DNA of 64,000 nt from an uncultured Gammaproteobacteria bacterium (GTDB lineage Bacteria > Pseudomonadota > Gammaproteobacteria > DRLM01): the NCBI GenBank assembly GCA_963729605.1, contig CAVSNY010000004.1, forward strand, positions 128,001-192,000, given 5' to 3'. Below are positions 40,801 through 51,696 of the stretch, piece after piece. Numbering within the stretch: position 1 is the stretch's first letter; every line of letters begins with the position of its first letter. Below the pieces are notes generated by a model. The model worked only from the letters and a program-made list of their open reading frames with translations. It had not been told where the DNA came from and did no database searches. The position numbers and the translations under genes were made by a program.

Positions 40801-43590
40801 CGACGTGTTCACTGCCGCGCAGGCAGCTTAGAAACTCATGGCCAGCACCAAGCGGCGTTTCGCCACGTTCACTGCCGCGCAGGCAGCTTAGAAATCGACG
40901 ATGCGGAGGAGTGCCGCGGTAATCGCGTTCACTGCCGCGCAGGCAGCTTAGAAAGTTTCGGTTTATCTACCCGAACAACAGGAGCCGTTCACTGCCGCGC
41001 AGGCAGCTTAGAAAGGTACGAAAAGGGCGACGTTCGCACCGTCTCGGTTCACTGCCGCGCAGGCAGCTTAGAAAGTTGTAATCATCCGTCCCTATCCCGC
41101 ACTTCAGTTCACTGCCGCGCAGGCAGCTTAGAAATACCAGAAAAGGCGCTGGACTACTTGCGGAAGGTTCACTGCCGCGCAGGCAGCTTAGAAACATTCC
41201 ACCGGGAAGTGCGTAGATGTATTTACGTTCACTGCCGCGCAGGCAGCTTAGAAATTGTTGATCGATACAGGATCGATAAGTCGGTCGTTCACTGCCGCGC
41301 AGGCAGCTTAGAAAAGTCTATGGCTCGCGCAGGCAACGACGATGACGTTCACTGCCGCGCAGGCAGCTTAGAAAGAAAATACCAAGGCCGATAAATCCGC
41401 CCGATGGTTCACTGCCGCGCAGGCAGCTTAGAAAAAGGTCAACAGCGTCGATCTCATCATCGAGCCGTTCACTGCCGCGCAGGCAGCTTAGAAAATCGCT
41501 CTCCGCCTTTTCGTTATCGATATCCATGTTCACTGCCGCGCAGGCAGCTTAGAAAAGGCCAGCCCAGCGCGTGCGGCTCGGCGATCTGTTCACTGCCGCG
41601 CAGGCAGCTTAGAAATTCAACACCCGCTCATATCCGGATATCAACTCGTTCACTGCCGCGCAGGCAGCTTAGAAACACTGCGCGGCGGGGGCGGGTTTGT
41701 CGATGGAGTTCACTGCCGCGCAGGCAGCTTAGAAAGAGGAAGCGGCGCCCGGCCTCGATGGCGGCGAGTTCACTGCCGCGCAGGCAGCTTAGAAAACGTC
41801 ACCAGCATGCGCGAGACGATGGTTCCGGTTCACTGCCGCGCAGGCAGCTTAGAAAATTCTCGGCGTGCCGCCCGGCTGGGAGTGCGTGTTCACTGCCGCG
41901 CAGGCAGCTTAGAAACAGGACAACGGCCGGATCAATTTCGAGCAATTGTTCACTGCCGCGCAGGCAGCTTAGAAAACGCCGGAAGGCGCGGCGCGGAAAC
42001 GCCTTTAGTTCACTGCCGCGCAGGCAGCTTAGAAATGGTGCGCGCGGCCATCGGCGCTGCGATGTATGTTCACTGCCGCGCAGGCAGCTTAGAAAGCGCT
42101 GGCGCCTGCGTCGAGCGTGATACTGTCGTTCACTGCCGCGCAGGCAGCTTAGAAAAGAGCCAGCCGACACCGCTATTCCAATCAGCCGTTCACTGCCGCG
42201 CAGGCAGCTTAGAAAAACCAGTCGGCGGACGGACGTGGATCGATGGGGTTCACTGCCGCGCAGGCAGCTTAGAAATCAGGGTCGAATGCCCAAAACTCTA
42301 AGGTATTGTTCACTGCCGCGCAGGCAGCTTAGAAAACCGCCGCCAGCCTCAAGCGCAGCAATGCGAGGTTCACTGCCGCGCAGGCAGCTTAGAAACATCA
42401 CTTGCGAAAGCTTTGTAATTGTCACGTGTTCACTGCCGCTCAGGCAGCTTAGAAAAAAGCGGTTTAGACGCGGCCAGCAATATCGGCGTTCACTGCCGCG
42501 CAGGCAGCTTAGAAATTTGCGTCCGTAGCAATGGCAAGAAGCGCCGGGTTCACTGCCGCGCAGGCAGCTTAGAAAATTATCGGTCGGGTTCGGGTAGGTG
42601 GGAGATGGTTCACTGCCGCGCAGGCAGCTTAGAAATCACCGACGCCAGCGAGGAGCGCGAATTGAAGGTTCACTGCCGCGCAGGCAGCTTAGAAACATAA
42701 AGACCTTAACCGAGGTACCCAGTCCACGTTCACTGCCGCGCAGGCAGCTTAGAAAATGGGCTGATCGGGAAGCGCGGCATCACAATCGTTCACTGCCGCG
42801 CAGGCAGCTTAGAAAATCGGGCAGAACGCCGTACGAGTGGTGAACGAGTTCACTGCCGCGCAGGCAGCTTAGAAAAGACCGCGCCGTAAGAGGTCTCCGG
42901 GGCTACGGTTCACTGCCGCGCAGGCAGCTTAGAAAACAGCAGGCATTGTGATCAACGATTGGAAGTTGTTCACTGCCGCGCAGGCAGCTTAGAAAGGGAT
43001 CGACCGGCTTTGATTTTTCGCCCGGAGTGTTCACTGCCGCGCAGGCAGCTTAGAAAGCCATCACACCCACTACGATCAGCGCGATTTTGTTCACTGCCGC
43101 GCAGGCAGCTTAGAAAAACACGACGAATTGCCGGCAGTCAACGAAATCGTTCACTGCCGCGCAGGCAGCTTAGAAATATTTCGCGGAACGGGCCTCAAGC
43201 TGGCACAGGTTCACTGCCGCGCAGGCAGCTTAGAAACTTGAGGCGTTTACCGATGGTGGAACCGCTGTGTTCACTGCCGCGCAGGCAGCTTAGAAAATCG
43301 CCGCCGCCGCCGCGATGTCATCGAGCATGTTCACTGCCGCGCAGGCAGCTTAGAAAGGATGGGGCGGGCTGCGTGGGATCAATTTGCCGTTCACTGCCGC
43401 GCAGGCAGCTTAGAAAGCGCCGGTTCGCCCCGATCCACCGCAACGCGCGTTCACTGCCGCGCAGGCAGCTTAGAAAACATGCCCGGGACCGTGATCCCCT
43501 GGGTTCACTGCCGCGCAGGCAGCTTAGAAACCCCCCGTGGGCTTTACATCGCGCCCCGAACGGTTCACTGCCGCGCAGGCAGCTTAGAAA
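25801..43590 (+). CRISPR. Type I-F CRISPR array, about 297 repeats and 296 spacers
   Basis: 28-bp repeat GTTCACTGCCGCGCAGGCAGCTTAGAAA at a 60-bp period. Spacers are mostly 32 nt, with several of 33, one of 31 and one of 26. Only two variant repeats were seen (starting 35765 and 42428). Confidence 0.99.
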
Positions 43591-43641
43591 CTGAACCGCC
43601 CCTGGTTTTGAGGAGGCTCCAACATTTGAGAGAATGGAGCC

Positions 43642-43965
43642 ATGAAAAAGTCGAACAAGTTTTCACCTGAAGTCCGTGAACGTGCGGTTCGAATGGTGCA
43701 GGAGCATCGCGGGGAATACCCGTCGTTGTGGATGGCCGTGGAGTCGATCGCCCCGAAGATTGGCTGTGTGCCCGGGACGCTGCTGGAGTGGGTTAAGCGT
43801 ACGGAGGCCGATGCCGGAGCGCGTCCTGGCACGACCACGTCCGAGACACAGCGCATCAAAGAGCTGGAGCGCGAGAACAAGGAGTTGCGGCGCGCCAATG
43901 AGATACTGCATACCGCCAGCGCTTTTTTCGCACAGGCGGAGCTCGACCGCAAACTGAAGTCGTAA
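43642..43965 (+). CDS. IS3 transposase OrfA
   Basis: [17 protein letters not shown] and [19 protein letters not shown] leucine zipper. Confidence 0.95.
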   Translation: MKKSNKFSPEVRERAVRMVQEHRGEYPSLWMAVESIAPKIGCVPGTLLEWVKRTEADAGARPGTTTSETQRIKELERENKELRRANEILHTASAFFAQAELDRKLKS

Positions 43966-44870
43966 ATACCTACATCGACCAGCACCGGGATGCTTATGGG
44001 GTCGAGCCGATCTGCAAGGTGTTGCAGGTTGCCCCATCGGCCTACCGGCGCCATGCGGCCCGGCGGCGCGATCCGGATCTGCGCAGCGCCCGGGCCAAGC
44101 GCGATGAGGTATTGGTGTCGCATATTCAGCGTGTCTGGCACACCCACCTGCAGGTGTACGGCGCCGACAAAGTCTGGCGGCAGCTGAACCGCGAGGGCAT
44201 CGAGGTGGCCCGTTGTACGGTCGAGCGTCTGATGAAGCGCCTGGGCCTGCAGGGTGTGCGCCGTGGCAAGGCGGTTCGCACCACCGTGCCTGACCACTCG
44301 GCGCCACGCCCGCTGGACCGGGTCAATCGACAGTTCAAGGCGGACAGGCCCAACCAGCTCTGGGTGTCGGATTTCACGTATGTGTCGACCTGGCAGGGCT
44401 GGCTGTATGTGGCCTTCGTCATTGATGTCTTCGCCCGGCGCATCGTCGGTTGGCGGGTCAGCCGCACCATGGCCACGGACTTCGTGCTCGACGCACTGGA
44501 GCAAGCTCTGTACGCCCGGCAGCCCGAACCAGAGGATGCCCTGATCCATCACAGCGACAGGGGCTCGCAATACGTCTCGATCCGCTACACCGAGCGACTG
44601 GCCGAGGCCGGCATCGAGCCTTCGGTCGGCAGCAAGGGCGACAGCTACGATAACGCATTGGCCGAGACGATCAACGGGCTGTACAAGGCCGAGCTGATCC
44701 ATCGTCGGGGACCCTGGAAAACCCGGGAATCCGTGGAGCTGGCGACCCTGGAATGGGTCTCGTGGTTTAACCACCACCGGCTATTAGAGCCTCTGGGGTA
44801 TATCCCTCCAGCAGAAGCTGAGGCAAACTACTACAGGCAATACCGCCGTCATGCTGCGATTGCAGCATGA
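43924..44870 (+). CDS. IS3 transposase OrfB (DDE), probably joined to OrfA by -1 frameshift near TTTTTTC at 43923-43929
   Basis: [27 protein letters not shown]. The -1 frame is open from the T-run onward; start coordinate approximate. Confidence 0.92.
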
Positions 44871-44909
44871 CTTAAACCAAACAGCCTCCGCAAAACACGG
44901 GGCGGTTCA

Positions 44910-45346
44910 AGACGCCGTCCCGGGATGGCACCACGCACGTGATCTTTGAGCCGCTCGACTTCATCGCAAGACTGGCCGCGCTGGTGCCGAAGCCCAGAGT
45001 CAATCTGACCCGCTTCCACGGTGTGTTTGCACCTAACAGCCGGCACCGGGCGTTGGTGACACCCGCAAAGCGTGGCAGAGGCAACAAAGCCAAGCTGGCC
45101 GATGAACCGCCAACAGCCACCGAACGGCGAGCGTCGATGAGTTGGGCGCAGCGACTCAAGCGTGTTTTCAACATCGATATCGAGACATGCCGTGAGTGCG
45201 GTGGCGCCATGAAAGTCATTTCCTGCATTGAAGACCCGGTGGTGATTCAGAAGATCCTGAATCACCTGAAGGAAAAAGGTGAGTACCAGGATGCGTTTCG
45301 ATTGCCCGAGAGTCGCGGTCCACCACAACCGAGCTTATTTGGGTAA
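44910..45346 (+). pseudogene. C-terminal fragment of an IS91-family/ISCR rolling-circle transposase
   Basis: DGTTHVIFEPLDFIARLAALVPKPRVNLTRFHGVFAPNS..WAQRLKRVFNIDIETCRECGG..RGPP. Begins immediately at the right end of the IS3 element. Confidence 0.92.
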
Positions 45347-45541
45347 GGAAAATTCGTTCGAGAAACACAAGGACGTTGCCGGCGACACCCGGCAAGTGTC
45401 GCGCTCGGCCGCCGGTTCAGATTGGGCGGATCACAAGGCCGACTTTACCGGTTAGGCTACTGCAATAGCTGAGATTGAGAATGCCTGGCCGCGAAATGGT
45501 CGGGTTGGTTCGGGGTGGGCGGGGTAGTTGTTCAATGAAAA

Positions 45542-45562
45542 GGTGGTTTATACTTCCTATAC
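45542..45562 (+). mobile_element. ISCR oriIS end
   Basis: GGTGGTTTATACTTCCTATAC matches the recalled ISCR1-type oriIS terminus, about 200 nt downstream of the transposase stop. Confidence 0.75.
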
Positions 45563-45726
45563 TTCGGATATTTCCTGTGCCCGCGAGAAAATTCACCTAA
45601 CTTGTAATTACGCTTACGACCACTACGCTTTCTACATGGCGTTTACTCGCGCATGTCTCGTCGTTAGATTCCGGTCACGCGCTCCCCCCGATGAGGTATT
45701 CGACCCGTTGACGCCCAATCCTTGGG

Positions 45727-46728
45727 ATGAGATACGCGCGGGAGTTGGTCATGTCCTACATGTCGAAGGCGTCCAACGGGTTCACACGGATGTTCGCGCC
45801 GCGCCGCCTAACGCTGGGCGTATTTTTTCCGATCGAGGCGTTCCAGGGCGATCAACCCACGATGCACAACCAGGAGCGCCGCGCGCGCCGCGCGGAGGAG
45901 CTCGGCTTCGCGGCGCTGTGGTTCCGCGATGTGCCGTTGCGCGATCCGAGCTTCGGCGACGTCGGCCAACTGTACGATCCGTGGGTCTATCTCGGCTGGA
46001 TCGCCGCGCAGACCCGCCGCATCTCGCTCGCGACCGGCTCGATCGTGCTGCCGCTGCGCCATCCCTTGCACACCGCGAAGGCCGCGGCCTCGGTCGACCG
46101 GCTGTCCGACAACCGGCTTGTGCTCGGCGTCGCGTCGGGCGACAGGCCCGTGGAGTTCCCGGCGTTCGGCGTCGACTACGAGCGGCGCTCCGAGCTGTTC
46201 CGCGAGAACTTCCGCGTGATGCGCACGGTGCTGAGCGAGGAGTTTCCGCGCCTGCGTTCTTTGTACGGCACGCTGGCCGGGACGGCCGATCTCGTGCCCA
46301 AGCCGCCCGCGCCGCTGCGCATGCTCGTGACCGGCCACGCCGGCCAGCGCCTCGAGTGGATCGCCGAGCATGCCGACGGCTGGATCACCTATCCGCGCGA
46401 GCTCGAGCGCCAGGCCGAGGTCGCGGCGCACTGGCGTGCGGCGGTCGACGTCGCTGCGCCCGGCGAGTTCAAGCCGTTCGCGCAGTCGCTGTACCTCGAC
46501 CTCGTCGACGATACCGATACGCCCGCGACGCCGATCCACCTCGGCTTTCGCAGCGGCCGCAACGTCCTCTTGCGTTTTCTCGACACCTTGCGGGCGATCG
46601 GCGTCAATCACGTCATTCTCAATTTCAAATACGGGACGCGCGACGCGGCCGAAGTGCTTGAAGAGATCGGCCAGGAAATACTGCCGCAGCTAGAAGCCGG
46701 GGCCGCGAATACGGCGGCCGGCGTCTAG
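45727..46728 (+). CDS. LLM-class (luciferase-like) flavin-dependent oxidoreductase
   Basis: AEELGFAALWFRDVP, LPLRHPLHTAKAAASVDRLS..LGVASGDRPVEF. The true start may be 45751 or 45760. Confidence 0.92.
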   Translation: MRYARELVMSYMSKASNGFTRMFAPRRLTLGVFFPIEAFQGDQPTMHNQERRARRAEELGFAALWFRDVPLRDPSFGDVGQLYDPWVYLGWIAAQTRRISLATGSIVLPLRHPLHTAKAAASVDRLSDNRLVLGVASGDRPVEFPAFGVDYERRSELFRENFRVMRTVLSEEFPRLRSLYGTLAGTADLVPKPPAPLRMLVTGHAGQRLEWIAEHADGWITYPRELERQAEVAAHWRAAVDVAAPGEFKPFAQSLYLDLVDDTDTPATPIHLGFRSGRNVLLRFLDTLRAIGVNHVILNFKYGTRDAAEVLEEIGQEILPQLEAGAANTAAGV

Positions 46729-46845
46729 CCGTAAGCTTCGTCGCGGTCGCGCTGCATCGCGACGCATGGCGGCGCCCGCCGCAAATCTCATGTACGCGCG
46801 AGGTGCCAGGGACTTGGTATTTAAGATTAAACAAGGAGTATTGCG

Positions 46846-47484
46846 ATGAAAAGTTCAGCTACTACCGGCACCGCGACCAGCGGTGCCGAGATGCATGACC
46901 GGCATCTGCCGCCGTGGTGGATGCTGGCGTTGCGCGGCGTCGTCGCCGTGTTGTTCGGTGTCGCCGCCGTGCTGTGGCCTGAGATCACCTTGTTATGGCT
47001 GGCCGTGCTGTTCGCCGCGTTTGCGATCGTCGCAGGCGCGGTGTCGATCGCCGCCGCGGTCACGCAGCGGCGGACCGAGCAGGATTGGTGGCTCACGCTG
47101 ATGCTCGGCCTGGTCGGTGTCGGTGCCGGCGCGATAGCGCTGCTGCATCCCCACCTCTCGGCACTGGTGCTGGTGCTGCTGATCGGCGCCTACATGCTGA
47201 TGTCCGGTGTCCTCGATATCGCGCTCGCGGTCCAGCTGCGCAAGACGATCAGGCGCGAATGGCTGCTGATAATGAACGGCATCCTCGCCGTCGTATTCGG
47301 CGTGCTGGTGTTCTTGTTTCCCGCGGCGGGCGCGCTCGCGCTGGTGTGGCTGATCAGCGCCTACGCGATCATCACCGGCGCACTGTTCCTGACGCTGGCA
47401 TTCCGCGCCCGCGGCTGGACCAAGGGCAGCACCGTGCCGCCGGGGGCCGTTCCGCCCGGCAATCTCGCCGCCGGCAGCACCTGA
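46846..47484 (+). CDS. HdeD/DUF308-family membrane protein
   Basis: AAGGAG RBS; WWMLALRGVVAVLFG followed by about six hydrophobic helices. Confidence 0.88.
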   Translation: MKSSATTGTATSGAEMHDRHLPPWWMLALRGVVAVLFGVAAVLWPEITLLWLAVLFAAFAIVAGAVSIAAAVTQRRTEQDWWLTLMLGLVGVGAGAIALLHPHLSALVLVLLIGAYMLMSGVLDIALAVQLRKTIRREWLLIMNGILAVVFGVLVFLFPAAGALALVWLISAYAIITGALFLTLAFRARGWTKGSTVPPGAVPPGNLAAGST

Positions 47485-47618
47485 GGCGGCACGGCGGCGC
47501 AAATCGACCGCACAAACGATGAATGATGCGCACGGCCCGCGGCGGGCCTCTGCTTAAAACGATGGTGCGGCGCGTAGCGCCGTGCCGCCCGACCAGACGA
47601 ATGAAAAGGAGTCATCCC

Positions 47619-48047
47619 ATGAACAGGACCCTCACCAGCACAGTCATCGTTACCTCGCTTTGCGGCCTGCTGCTGATCGGCGAGGCGACGGCGCAGAAGG
47701 ACACGCCGCCGACCGCGGCGGCCGCGCCCGTCGCCGGCGTGGTGCCGCTGGGCGTCACGATCGCCGAGACCCAGCTCATCGCCACGGGCTGGCGCGCAAG
47801 CAAACTGATCGGCGCCGAGGTCCTCAACGACGCCGGCGACAAGGTCGGCGAGATCGACGATTTCGTCGTGAGCCCCGACGGCACCCTGACCATCGCCGTG
47901 GTGCAGGTGGGGGGCTTCCTCGGCCTCGGTAGCCATCTCGTCGCGGTTCCGGTGCGGCAGTTCACCAAATTCGCACCCAAGGCCGTGCTGCCCGGCGCCC
48001 GCAAGGAGGAGCTGAAGAAGCTGCCGTCGTTCAAATACGCGCAGTAG
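47619..48047 (+). CDS. Periplasmic PRC-barrel domain protein
   Basis: AGGAG RBS; signal peptide; WRASKLIGAEVLNDAGDKVGEIDD..VGGFLGLGSHLVAVP. Confidence 0.9.
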   Translation: MNRTLTSTVIVTSLCGLLLIGEATAQKDTPPTAAAAPVAGVVPLGVTIAETQLIATGWRASKLIGAEVLNDAGDKVGEIDDFVVSPDGTLTIAVVQVGGFLGLGSHLVAVPVRQFTKFAPKAVLPGARKEELKKLPSFKYAQ

Positions 48048-48163
48048 CGACCGCCGCCGATGGCATGGGCCCGGCCCGGCGCGTCGAGATTCACTGACCT
48101 CGGCGCGCCGGCGATGAAGATGGCCGCCGGCGCGCGGCCGTAACGTCCCGATCGGAGAACGCC

Positions 48164-49372
48164 ATGTCCGTATCCGCCGTATCCACCGAGCGCGCTGCGC
48201 CGGCACAGGGCTCGAAGGAATTGCTGTTCGAGCCGATCCAGCTCGGCCGTTATCACCTGCCGCATCGCATCGTGATGGCGCCGCTGACGCGCTCGCGCGC
48301 GCGCCAGCCCGGCAACGTCCCCGGTCCGCTCAACGCCTGCTACTACGCGCAGCGGGCTTCGGCCGCGCTGATCATCTCGGAGGCGACGCAGATCTCGATG
48401 CAGGGCCAGGGCTATGCGTGGACGCCCGGGATACACAGCCGCGAGCAGGTCGAAGGCTGGCGGCTCGTCACCGAGGCGGTGCATGCGGCGGGCGGGCGCA
48501 TCTTCATGCAGCTTTGGCACGTCGGCCGCATCTCGCATCCGGCGCTGCAGCCCGACCACATGCCGCCGGTCGCGCCGTCGGCGATCAAACCGGCCGGCCA
48601 GGCCTTCATCGAGAACGAGCGCGGCGAAGGCGAGCTCGTGCCGTTCGTCGCGCCGCGGGGCTTGCAGCTGATCGAGATGCCGTATCTCGTGCAGCAGTAC
48701 GTGCGCGCCGCGCGCAACGCGATGCACGCGGGCTTCGACGGCGTCGAGGTCCATGCCGCGAACGGCTATCTGCTCGACCAGTTCCTGTGCACCGGCACCA
48801 ACCGGCGCGACGACGAGTACGGCGGCAAGGTCGCACACCGCGCGCAGCTGCTGCTCGAGGTGGTCGACGCGGTGGCCGGCGTCTGGGGCGCCGACCGCGT
48901 CGGCGTGCGGCTGTCGCCGCTCGGCGCGATGAACGACATCCGCGACGACGATCCCGAGCAGACCCACGGCTACGTCGCCGAGCAGCTGACGCTGCGCAAC
49001 CTCGCGTATCTGCACCTCGTCAATCCGGCGATCACCGCGCTCGAGAACAAGGCCGCGCCCGAGCTGCGCGCGCTGCGCCTGGTCGAGCTGCTGCGCGAGC
49101 GCTATCGCGGCGTGCTGATGCTCGCGGGCGGCTTCGACCGCGACAGCGCAGAGGAGTGGCTCGAGCAGGGACGGGCGGACGTGATCGCGTTCGGCCGCAA
49201 GTTCATCGCCAACCCCGATCTGCCGGAGCGCCTGCGCGTGCGCGCGCCGCTGACCGACGACGACCGCACCACGTACTACGGCGGCGGCGCCCGCGGCTAC
49301 ACCGACTACCCGTCACTCGCGCAGCAGCGCGGCGAGGAGCCCCAGCCCTGCGTCGACGAGAGCTGGCGCTAG
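48164..49372 (+). CDS. Old yellow enzyme family alkene reductase (NemA-like)
   Basis: RIVMAPLTRSRA, YYAQRASA, QLWHVGRISH, GFDGVEVHAANGYLLDQF, FGRKFIANPDLPER. Confidence 0.95.
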   Translation: MSVSAVSTERAAPAQGSKELLFEPIQLGRYHLPHRIVMAPLTRSRARQPGNVPGPLNACYYAQRASAALIISEATQISMQGQGYAWTPGIHSREQVEGWRLVTEAVHAAGGRIFMQLWHVGRISHPALQPDHMPPVAPSAIKPAGQAFIENERGEGELVPFVAPRGLQLIEMPYLVQQYVRAARNAMHAGFDGVEVHAANGYLLDQFLCTGTNRRDDEYGGKVAHRAQLLLEVVDAVAGVWGADRVGVRLSPLGAMNDIRDDDPEQTHGYVAEQLTLRNLAYLHLVNPAITALENKAAPELRALRLVELLRERYRGVLMLAGGFDRDSAEEWLEQGRADVIAFGRKFIANPDLPERLRVRAPLTDDDRTTYYGGGARGYTDYPSLAQQRGEEPQPCVDESWR

Positions 49373-49457
49373 CGCGGGTGCGGTATGAATCGTCGTTTCC
49401 GCCGAACGGCCTCGGGCTGATCTTCAATTTCCGCATTCGTGAGGTTTGACATATCGG

Positions 49458-50604
49458 CTATAAACCCACCTTGCTTCCGGCCTTCAATTCATCGAGATAG
49501 TCCGCCCAGCGTTGCATCATGTCGCGACGTTCCTCGAGGAACTTGGTGCGGTTATAGGCGGCGCCAAGGGCACCCGGCACGCGGTGTGCGAGTTGATGCT
49601 CGATGACTTCCGGTTTTACGCCTAGTTCCTGATGCAGGATTGTTCGCGCCATGGCCCGGAAGCCGTGGCCGGTGATCTCGGTTTTCGTGTCGTAACCCAT
49701 ACGGCGTAGGGCGGCATTCAGCGCCGCTTCGCTCATGGATTTTCGAGGATCTCGCCCAGGAAATACAAATTGGCGATTACTCGTTAGGGCATAAAGTTCT
49801 CGCAGGATTATTACCGCCTGTGTTGCGAGCGGCACGAGATGTTCAGTTTTGGTCTTGGTGATGAAATAACGCCATTCACCTTTTTTGAGGTCAAACTCTG
49901 GCCATTGCGCTTTGCGTAATTCACCAGGGCGCACAAAAAACAGGGGCGCCAGCTTCAATGCGCATTGCACAACGAACGTGCCGCGGAAGCCGTCAATGGC
50001 GCGCAACAATTCTCCTACCGCGGCTGGCTCTGTTATGGCAGCAAAATGTTTGTGCTTGACCGGTGCCAGCGCACCACGCAGATCGCTGGAAGGATCGCGC
50101 TCGGCGCGCCCAGTCGCGACGGCGTAACGGAAAATCTGACCGCAGTTTTGATGAGCCCGATGGGCGGTGTCCAGCGCGCCACGGTTTTCGATTCGGCGTA
50201 ACACGCTGAGTAATTGCGGAGCCGTTATCTCCGCAATCGGCTTACTACCAATCCAAGGAAACACGTCCTTTTCCAATCGTTGAATAATTTTTTCGGAATG
50301 GGAGGTTGCCCAGGTAGGGGAGTATTTTGCGAACCACTCTCGCGCAACGGTCTCAAAGCTGTTCGTAGCCCGGTCTGTCTTTGATGCTTTTGCAGCCTTG
50401 CGGTTTTCGCCGGGGTCGATGCCGCAAGCTAATAACTTGCGGGCCTCATCACGCCGCTCTCGGGCCGCTTTGAGCCCGACCTCGGGGTAAACTCCCATCG
50501 AAAGGGTTTTACGTTTGCCTGAGAAGCGGTAGTCCAGTCGCCACCATCTGCCTCCGGCAGGAGTGAGGTTTGACCGCTCGAATCGCGGTGTCGGTAAGGG
50601 GCAT
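49458..50604 (-). pseudogene. P4-like tyrosine integrase with out-of-frame deletion in the arm-binding domain
   Basis: Catalytic motifs are intact (VRPGELR, HGFR, QLAH, AYNR). The natural start MPLTDTAIRAVKP (50604) joins out of frame to TPAGGRWWRLDYRF at about 50565, and the usual DGxGLYL segment is missing. Confidence 0.85.
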
Positions 50605-50642
50605 GACGGTAACTCATATTGACGGTGGCTGAGTTACCGTCA
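50604..50642. repeat. 13-bp inverted repeat plus a third TGACGGT copy (probable integrase arm-type sites)
   Basis: TGACGGTAACTCA at 50604-50616, TGACGGT at 50620-50626, TGAGTTACCGTCA at 50630-50642, between the integrase start and the tRNA 3' end. Confidence 0.65.
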
Positions 50643-50755
50643 GTTACTGCCGGATTTCAATAGACCTGTAGCGACAGCTATGGACGTCGTAGAGGCAGTT
50701 TCTATTGATTTTAAGGAAGTTTTTGGACTTCGTAGGATGTTCTAGGATATGCAAT

Positions 50756-50831
<76 letters not shown>

Positions 50832-50919
50832 AACGTTTTGATTTTCAAAGTGTATGGATCCAATTTGGACCCAGACAGGGCGCACATTCTAACACCTGTC
50901 GCAGTGAACCGCTAGCTAC

Positions 50920-51618
50920 TCATGCCCCTGCACGCGGGGTTTTTCGAATCGCGTCGCGTTCCAGGAGGGTGATGAATTTTTGCAGGATGCGGCGCTGAAG
51001 GGGATCGAGGCCTTGGAACTGGCCGCCGAATTGACAACCGTCGGCGCCGCGGGTGGAGGAACGCAGATCGATGCGGCATTCGATGGGGTCGCTCCCCGGC
51101 AATTGAAAGCGGCAGGTGAGGGAGGCGCCGACGTTGAGGTCGAGGGCTTCGGGTTCGTCGGCCTTGATGCGTAGTCCGCCCAGTGAGATGTCTTGCAGGG
51201 TGCCGCTGATCGTGCCGCCCCCGGGCAGGTCGATTTGCACGTCGGTGTTGAAGGCACGGCTGACTCTTGGGCGAAAGTGGGCGCGACGCTGGCCGTAGCT
51301 GATGGTGTCGGGCAGGGCCACCCGGTAGTAGGCGATGTCGTTTTGCCGGCCGCTGGTGATGAGCGTGGCGGTGAAGGAAACCGTCACGCCCTTGAGGCTG
51401 GTCCGCACCTGGCAGCGTCGTTGCTGCAAAAATAGGTCGTGGCCGCTGTCGGGTTTAAGTTCGTCGAGCACCAAGTAAGCTTGTTCGGCGTTGATTTCCA
51501 AGAGGGCGCTATTGAATTGATGCGCATCGCCGTTCAGGGTGATCGCCAGTAGGCACCGTCCCTCATGGAGGCGTTGCAAGAGGCTGAGGATTTGTGGCCG
51601 AAAGCGGATGTGTTCCAT
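50920..51618 (-). CDS. ycgR: Flagellar brake protein (YcgR/PilZ c-di-GMP effector)
   Basis: PilZ motifs QRRAHFR and DISLGG; located downstream of flgN. Confidence 0.85.
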   Translation of the reverse strand: MEHIRFRPQILSLLQRLHEGRCLLAITLNGDAHQFNSALLEINAEQAYLVLDELKPDSGHDLFLQQRRCQVRTSLKGVTVSFTATLITSGRQNDIAYYRVALPDTISYGQRRAHFRPRVSRAFNTDVQIDLPGGGTISGTLQDISLGGLRIKADEPEALDLNVGASLTCRFQLPGSDPIECRIDLRSSTRGADGCQFGGQFQGLDPLQRRILQKFITLLERDAIRKTPRAGA

Positions 51619-51696
51619 GCGAACGTTACGTTAGCCAAGTCATTCCTTATTGATTTGGAATGAGCGTTGTTGTCGGGTCGCCGGATATGGGTTTGG

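Larger units (their letters stand above)
43592..44909 (+). mobile_element. IS3-family insertion sequence (IS51-group-like), 1318 bp
   Basis: Terminal inverted repeats TGAACCGCCCCTGGTTTTGAGGAGGCT and AGCCTCCGCAAAACACGGGGCGGTTCA, TG..CA ends, orfA/orfB in -1 phase. Confidence 0.96.

Noticed and set aside
25727-43670. Many ORFs with VHCRAGSLE, SLPRRQLR or FLSCLRGSE repeats
   Set aside because: These are translations of the CRISPR repeat at a 60-bp period, not proteins.
43584-49449. Long overlapping ORFs such as 43584-44777(-), 45528-46661(+), 47612-49015(-) and 48418-49449(+)
   Set aside because: High-GC shadow frames of well-supported genes.
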